Positions 56,250-64,000 of a stretch of DNA of 64,000 bases are shown piece after piece. Origin of the DNA: Nitrospirales bacterium. Its GTDB lineage: Bacteria; Nitrospirota; Nitrospiria; Nitrospirales; UBA8639. Position numbers and translations under genes: made by a program. Location: contig CBDBCZ010000013.1 of the NCBI GenBank assembly GCA_965203295.1, forward strand, positions 288,001-352,000. The letters run 5' to 3'. Positions within the stretch are counted from its first letter, which is position 1. The number at the start of each line of letters is the position of its first letter. Under the pieces are notes generated by a model that was not told the DNA's origin, did no database searches, and saw only the letters and a program-made list of their open reading frames with translations.

Positions 56250-58563
56250 CCAGTCCTTCATACTTCCAGGATGTAGAGTCACAGCTGCACTTGCCACTAA
56301 TTAAGCCTGAAGCCCTTTGCAAACCAGTTAGAACAGGATCACCATTGGTGATGTGGCTTTCCTGGTTCTGTAAACAGAGGGGAGGTATTAAGGAAATGAT
56401 CTGACCTCATTGTTTGGGTTGTCTTTCTCAGTCTGGGGTAATAAGGAAATTGTATCTGAGTGATATGACACCATTGTTGGGGTTTCCTTTTCTCTGTCTG
56501 TTCTGTAAACAGAGAGGCAGTGGCCCATTCCCTGGCCTCTGCACAGCTTTTGGGAGAGCCTGGGATGCCTCCGCACAGTTTTTGTTGCTTGTAGTAACGT
56601 GGGTAGAGCAGAGGTATTAAGGAAATTGTATCTGAGCAATGTGACATCATTGTTGTGGTTTTCCTTTCTTAGTCAGTTCTGTAAAGGGAGGGTGATTGGG
56701 GGTGGGGGGGGGGATTGAGGAAATTATAACTATGCTGAAAGTTAAGGGTGCAAGACCGTTACTTAATTGTCCGAGCACACTAATTAAATCCCGTAATCAC
56801 TGCCAACTGGTGTCTAAAGTAATTAGGTCTTTCACTGACCTGAGACAGCCACAGTTCTGTAGGGAGGTATTTCGAAAGTGTGCGCTATCTAGATGATTTG
56901 TTGCTTGTAGTAAGGTGGGTAGAGCAGAGGTATTAAGGAAATTGTATCTGAGTAATGTGACATCATTGTTGTGGTTTTCCTTTCTTAGTCAGTTCTGTAA
57001 AGGGAGGGGATTCGGGGTGGGGGGGGGGGGGGGGGAGGGAGAATATAGCTATGCTGAAAGCATAACTGAGGTCAACATGCATAGATACATTGCTGCAACA
57101 TCACATAACTTTTCTCTGAGTCTTCCTCTACATGGTTTCACCTTAGTGATGCACTAGATACCAGTTGGTAGTGCATTACGAGATTTAGTTAGTGCACGAG
57201 GACAATTAAGTAACAGTCTCGGGCGGATAATGCACGAGCCAAAGGCGAGTGAAATATCCGCCCCGAGATCGTTACTTTATTGTCCGAGCGCACTAGCTAG
57301 TCCCATAATGCACTGCCAGCTGGTATCTAAGTATTAGATAAATCACGCCACCCAGGGCTGTATGGGTTTTAGAGTACACGAGGGCATTAACTCCTCACTC
57401 TCCTCTGGTATTGTGCAAACTTCTTATGTGCCATAGGCCTTGATATCTACACCTGTCCATAGACATCCACAGCCAGAATTTTCATGGGATTTTCTCTGAA
57501 TGGTTTTTGGTTCCCTTTTTTATCTTTTTTTAAAAAAATGTTTTTAGCAGAAACTTTGAAAAAACAACTTTTGAACTCTTTTCGGAAATTTTTAATTTTC
57601 TGCGATCACGGGCTGGGTGGTCTCTGTTTCTTTCCGGGTCCTGGGTTCTCTTGGTTACGGTCAGAGCTTTTTCTATTCTTTCAATTCTTCTCTTTATTTT
57701 TCTATATCATGATTTCTATTTTTCCGTGTGGATGTGCTTAATTAGATAGGTCATGTGCTTAACTAGATTGTAATGTAAGGGGTTGTAGTAGTGTAGATAT
57801 AGTTTAATTAGGTAGGTCATGTGCTTAACTAGATCGTAGTGTAAGGAGTTGCAGTAGTAGTTGCAGTCTACACAAGACAATGTGTATATGCCTGCATGAT
57901 GCAACCACCTCCGTTTAAATGTGGATTTCTTAATTTATTCCGCACCCCCAAAACAAACACACTAGGTGTGTAGTGTCAACATACAGCTGGTTTCCTAAGC
58001 AAATCGCAGCTGTCTCAAAAAGAATCCCCACTTTATGGCACTTAAGAAGTATTGGACTGCAAAACAGAGTGGTTGTTTTATCTCATATAAGGCTACCTAA
58101 GTTGCAGCCCCAGTGTAGATATAGTTCTGTAGGTTAGGATAGATAGAAGGGCTGTTTTTGTTTTTTTAGGCCTAGAGCCAGTGAATGCAGAAATAATAAT
58201 TAGGATACCTTTATGTTTTCATGTACCCAATGTAGTAAATAAGGTGGCATTATCAGCATAATGAATAGGCTAAAAACAACAGTGAAGGTACTGCTCCAAA
58301 CACATTACCTTGAAAATGAAAATGAAGGGCCAGAACCAGAGTGGACAAACCCACTAAATTGACTAAAGGTGTTTCAGGAGCTACTTAAATTTTGAGATTT
58401 TACCATTGGTGGTCTTCTACTTGTAAGGTGTGCTACTGGGTTGGCCCACTCCGACCCTTTATATTGTCATAGATAGTAGAGTAGATATTTTAGAGTCATG
58501 CTGCACTTGCCACTAATTAAGCCTGAAGCCCTTTGCAAACCAGTCCTTCATATTGTCCAGGAT

Positions 58564-59006
58564 CAGAGGAGGTTGGACACGCATTCATTAACGTGTGCAG
58601 TCACGCGCCTTTTGCTCCACTTTATTACATTCCACGTTGCATTCCAGCATGCAATTAGCTCACTGAGAAGGTAAGCACAGCTCGTTATAAAGTTGCAATA
58701 GCCAGTAGATTGCTGTAAGATAGCTGGAACGAACCTATATGGGCAGCGTCTTTCCGTTACTAGATAGAATCCAGTATGTAGTCTCGCCTTGCCGATAGCT
58801 AGATATTTAAACGACCGTAGCTCTGCAATGACCCAGGGGTTGAATGGGGTTGGTAAGGTATTCTGAATCTACTTCGGGAGAGCTTTCGAAAGATATCTAT
58901 TCCTTGGGGATACGCTTAAAGACTAACGAGAAAACTTTTCATACAGAAATCTCCATAGAGAATCGCGTACGCGCGTATGTCACATGACCGTGTCCAACCT
59001 CCTCTG
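58564..59006. mobile_element. CAGAGGAGGTTGGACACG-TIR MITE, 9-bp TSD GTCCAGGAT
   Basis: 18-bp perfect TIR, perfect TSD; empty site near 56264-56272. Confidence 0.92.
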
Positions 59007-61556
59007 GTCCAGGATGTACATAGAGTCACAGCTGCACTTGCCACTAATTAAGCCTGAAGCCCTTTGCAAACCAGTTAGAACAGGATCACCATTGGTGATG
59101 TGGCTTTCTTGGTTCTGTAAACAGAGGGGAGGTATTAAGGAAATGTATCTGACCTCATTGTTGGGGTTTTCTTTATCAGTCTGGGGTAATAAGAAAATTG
59201 TATCTGAGTGATATGACATCATTATTGTGGTTTCCTTTCTCAGTCTGTTCTGTAAACAGAGAGGCGGTGGCCTCTGCACAGGTTTTGGGAGAGCCTGGGA
59301 AGCCTCTGCACAGCTTTTGGGAGAGCCTGGGAAGCCTCCGCACAGCTTTTGGGAGAGCCTGGGATGCCGCTGCACAGCTTTTGGGAGAGCCTGGGAAGCC
59401 TCCGCACAGCTTTTGTTGCTTGTAGTAACGTGGTAGAGCGGAGGCATTAAGGAAATTGTATCTGAGCAATGTGACATCATTGTTGTGGTTTTCCTTTCTT
59501 AGTCAGTTCTGTAAAGGGAGGGGATTGGGGGTGGGGGGGATTGAGGAAATTATAACTATGCTGAAAGTTAAGGGTGCAAGAGCCAAAGGCTAGTGCATTA
59601 TCCGCCCTCTACGGTTACTTAATTGTCCGAGTGCACTAATTAACTCCCGTAATCACTGCCAACTAGTGTCTAAAGTAATTAGGTCTTTCACTGACCTGAG
59701 ACAGCCACAGTTCTGTAGGGAGTTATTTCGAAAGTGTGTGCTATCTAGATGATTTATTGCTTGTAGTAGAGCAGAGGTATTTAGGAAATTGTATCTGAGC
59801 AATGTGACATCATTGTTGTGGTTTTCATTTCTTAGTCAGTTCTGTAAAGGGAGGGGATTGGGGGTGGGGGGGGATTGAGGAAATTATAACTATGCTGAAA
59901 ATTGAAAATTAAGGGTGCAAGAGCCGAGGGCTAGTGCATTATCCGCCCTCGACCGTTATTGTCTGAGCACACCCGTAATCACTGCCAACTGGTGTCTAAA
60001 GTAATTAGGTCTTTCGCTGACCTGAGACAGCCACAGTTCTGTAGGGAGTTATTTCGAAAGTGTGCGCTATCTAGATGATTTGTTGCTTGTAGTAACGTGG
60101 GTAGAGCGGAGGTATTAAGGAAATTGTATCTGAGTAATGTGACACCATTGTTGTAATGTGACACCATTGTTGTGGTTTTCCTTTCTTAGTCAGTTCTTTA
60201 CAGAACTGATTAAAGTAATTAGGTCTTTCACTGACCTGAGACAGCCACAGTTCTGTAGGGAGTTATTTCGAAAGTGTGCGCTATCTGGATGATTTGTTGC
60301 TTGTAGTAACGTGGGTAGAGCGGAGGTATTTAGGAAATCGTATCTGAGCAATGTGACATCATTGTTGTGGTTTTCCTTTCTTAGTCAGTTCTGTAAAGGG
60401 AGGGGATTGGGGGTGGGGGGGGGGGATTGAGGAAATTATAACTATGCTGAAAGTTAAGGGTGCAAGACCGTTACTTAATTGTCCAAGCACACTAATTAAA
60501 TTCCGTAATCACTGCCAACTGGTGTCTAAAGTAATTAGGTCTTTCGCTGACCTGAGACAGCCACAGTTCTGTAGGGAGTTATTTCGAAAGTGTGTGCTAT
60601 CTAGATGATTTGTTGCTTGTAGTAACGTGGGTAGAGCGGAGGCATTAAGGAAATTGTATCTGAGCAATGTGACATCATTGTTGTGGTTTTCCTTTCTTAG
60701 TCAGTTCTGTAAAGGGAGGGGATTGGGGTTGCACTTTCTAGATAATGCACACTTATGTGTGCAGTAAGCTATTGTGTAGCGAGTTGTAGCTTGTATCATC
60801 TGTGGTGTACATGTGGTGTCCTATGGTCACATACCCGGATCTCTTCCTACCAATAGGACAGTTCCACACAAAATCTAAGGATTTTCATCATGCTACATTG
60901 ACGTGACGTCACATCCGGTTACTCTTCTGCGACCACACTAAGAGAACAGCTGAGAACTGATCAGGTAAGCTGTTTGCGTGCGTAACCTACCGTATAGCGG
61001 AAATCTTTCGCGAGTGAAAACTTTTGGAAAAGTTTTCACCCACGAAGAATTCTTGCTGGACGGTTTACCGTTTATCCTATATAAGTGAGCACAGTGAAAA
61101 ACTGGAGACCTTGTGTGATATAGAGGTTTGCAGTAGATATAGTTCTGTAGGTTAGGATAGATAAAAGGGCTGGTTTTGTTTTTTAGGCCTAGAGCCAGTG
61201 AATGCAGAAATAATGATTATGATACCTTTCCGTTTTCATGTACCCAATGTAGTAAATAAAGTGGCATTACCAGCATAATGAATAGGCTAAAAACAACAGT
61301 GAAGGTACTGCTCCAAACACATTACCTTGAAAATGAAAATGAAGGGCCAGAACCAGAGTGGACAAACCCACTAAATTGACTAAAGGTGTTTCAGGAGCTA
61401 CTTAAATTTTGAGATTTTACCATTGGTGGTCTTCTACTTGTAAGGTGTGCTGTTGGGTTGGCCCACTCCGACCCTTCATATTGTAGAGTCATGCTGCACT
61501 TGCCACTAATTAAGCCTGAAGCCTTTTGCAAACCAGTCCTTCATATTGTCCAGGAT

Positions 61557-62003
61557 CAGAGGAGGTTGGACACGCATTCATTAACGTGTGCAGTCACGCG
61601 CCTTTTGCTCCACTTTATTACATTCCACGTTGCATTCCCGCATGCAATTAGCTCACTGAGAAGGTAAGCATAGCTCGTTATAAAGTTGCAATAGCCAGTA
61701 GATTGCTGTAAGATGGCTGGAACGGACCTATACGGGCAGCATCTTTCCGTTACTAGATAAAATCCAGTATGTAGTCTCGCCTTGCCGATAGCTAGATATT
61801 TGAACGACCGTATACGTATAGCTCTGCAATGGAACGGGGTTGGCGAGGTATTCTGAATCTACTTCGGAAGAGCTTTCGAAATTAAAGATATCTATTCCTT
61901 GGGGATACGCTTAAAGACTAATGAGAAAACTTTTTATACAGAAATCTCCATAGAGAATCGTGTACGCGGGCGTATGTCACATGACCGTGTCCAACCTCCT
62001 CTG
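61557..62003. mobile_element. Second copy of the CAGAGGAGG MITE, same TSD
   Basis: Same flanks as 58564-59006, so copied by segmental duplication rather than transposition. Confidence 0.92.
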
Positions 62004-63858
62004 GTCCAGGATGTAGAGACAGCTGCACTTGCCACTAATTAAGCCTGAAGCCCTTTGCAAACCAGTTAGAACAGGATCACCATTGAGGATGTGGCTTTCC
62101 TGGTTCTGTGAACAGAGGGGAGGTATTAAGGAAATGTATCTGACCTCATTGTTGGTTCTCAGTCTGTTCTGTAAACAGAGAGGAGGTGGCGGGTATGTTC
62201 CCAGGCCTCTGCACAGCTTTTGGGAGTTCATGTTTTTTTTCAGGGCCACCCTACATATTTTTTTTGTAAATGGGACCCTTGGACTCTCACTTAGTGGAGC
62301 AGCTGGCTCTGTAAAGTCTGTTGGGCATTATTTAGAAAATGTTTGCACTAAGTTATTAAGCATTAACAACTTAGTGCACACTTACGTGTACATTAAGCGC
62401 GGTCATGTGATCGATTTTGAGACTTTTGATTCGTTGAAGGTCACGTGAGTAGCACTAAGTAATATTTAGATACCGGTTTGCAGTGATTACAGGATTTAAT
62501 TAGTGTGCAAAGGCAATGCAGTAACGGCCGAGGACAGATAATGCACGAGCTGAAGGCGAGTGCATTATCCGCCCTCGGCTGTACTTTATTGCCCTTGCAC
62601 ACTAATCAAATCCTATAATTACTGCCAAGTTCCAACTGGTGTCCAAAGTAGTTAGTGCTCTCACCAACCTAAGATAGCCACAGTTCTTTAGGGCGTTATT
62701 TAGAAAGTGTGCACTTTCTAAATAAAAGTGTGATACAGAGGTTTGCAAGTCTGGTTGCCACAGGAGAAGGCAAATAGGCAGTGGCTGTCAAGTAATTAAT
62801 TAGGTTAGGCTGTCGGAATCAAAGGCTAGCAGATTACACAGTTACTACTGTCAACTCCCGTTTTCGTATTACTGGCCAAACAACCTGCAAACCTCTGTTG
62901 AGTAGATTGGAGTGGGAAGTGCAAACCTCATGGACAGATTGATCCACCTGCGCATTTGCTGGAAATAGATTTTTTACTTGTAATGGGGTAATGCAAGCAG
63001 TAATAGCACTCACTCACCCAATATCAGAGGAGACATCTGGCTCCTCTGTTTCATGTTAGCTACAGCCCTGGCAGTCCCTTTACTGATACATGTATATGTA
63101 CATACGTATGTAGCGCCTTCTAAGCTATTCTATTACAGCATTGGTGCTTTTTGCTAGGTTATGTCTGTTATGAAAGAATGTCTGGAAACTAAGTGATTTT
63201 TCTTCGCAGGAGGGATGACCTGTGAAGATGTTTTCTGAGTGTCATCTCCTGTAAAGGTTTACGGACTTATTCGTTTCATTGACTCACTCTAAAGTCCCTG
63301 AGCTCGAACTAGCAGACTGTGTGGTACAATGGCTGTGCAGGGTTTTTCATTTTGGGTAGATATGTGCAATCTAGGGACGTCTGGGTGCATGCCCCCTCTC
63401 TTTTTCACTCGAAGATTTTTATTCCTCGAAGCTGATCCTGGGGCTAATATAAGTCGTTGTCCAAATATCAATTAACACCTTCAAAAAGTTATTAGGGGTT
63501 TCTGCTTTCCATTATAAAGCTCTGCTTGTTTGGCGAGGAAAAGAGTGTACTTTCTACTATACAAGTACTGGCCCTCGCTTCGCTCGCGCAAGTACTTGTG
63601 CGTGTTCAACTCGCTCACTCTGTACAGATAGAAATGAAAAGTGTGACCTCTATGTGATTTGCATGGAACAGTATAGCATCTTCTGCCAATGAAGCAGTGC
63701 TTTTGACTAAGCCACATGCATGTCAGTGTTGAAAATTGACTCGTCACAGTGGGGGGTAAATATATAGTACGTGTGCACACTACAATTCTTTTAGAAGCCA
63801 AAGCATGTATTACGGTGGCCCTGGAGGTCACTCCACGTTCCATACTCTGATCACCACG

Positions 63859-64000
63859 TTCCAATAGTCCTCACTCCTCATTCCAATAGTCCTCACTCCT
63901 CATTCCAATAGTTCTCACTCCTCATTCCAATAGTCCTCACTCCTCATTCCAATAGTTCTCATTCCTCATTCCAATAGTCATCACTCCTCATTCCAATAGT
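63859..64000. repeat. 22-bp minisatellite (TTCCAATAGTCCTCACTCCTCA), running off the window
   Basis: More than 6 tandem units. Confidence 0.95.

Larger units (their letters stand above)
54540..62226. repeat. Complex nested segmental duplication (three copies of a 1-3 kb module plus about 300-bp and 32-bp internal arrays)
   Basis: 55320-55710 vs 57420-57860; 55730-56600 vs 58120-59420 vs 61140-62226; about 300-bp units over 59430-60730; 32-bp units at 59287-59415. Confidence 0.9.

Overview
Eukaryotic, intron- and repeat-rich animal DNA; the repeat types and gene style suggest an early-branching invertebrate such as a demosponge, but that is inference. It holds (1) two intact intronless IAH1-like SGNH esterase genes plus a decayed third fragment on the minus strand, (2) a 14-exon OXR1/NCOA7-family gene (LysM, GRAM-like, TLDc; about 846 aa by manual splicing, all phases consistent) on the plus strand at 3740-35416, head-to-head with IAH1, and (3) two tandem two-exon paralogs encoding an unrecognised secreted, probably GPI-anchored 14-cysteine protein whose mature domain is far more diverged than its leader and tail. 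The rest is non-autonomous mobile DNA: DINE-1/Helentron-like elements, MITEs with 9-bp, 8-bp, 5-bp and TTAA target duplications, a 714-bp foldback and hairpin elements. There is also a tRNA-Thr-like cassette, one copy of which seeded a 17-bp minisatellite, many minisatellites anchored at splice sites, and nested segmental duplications at 54.5-62.3 kb. All coordinates and alignments were done by eye and no database searches were run.
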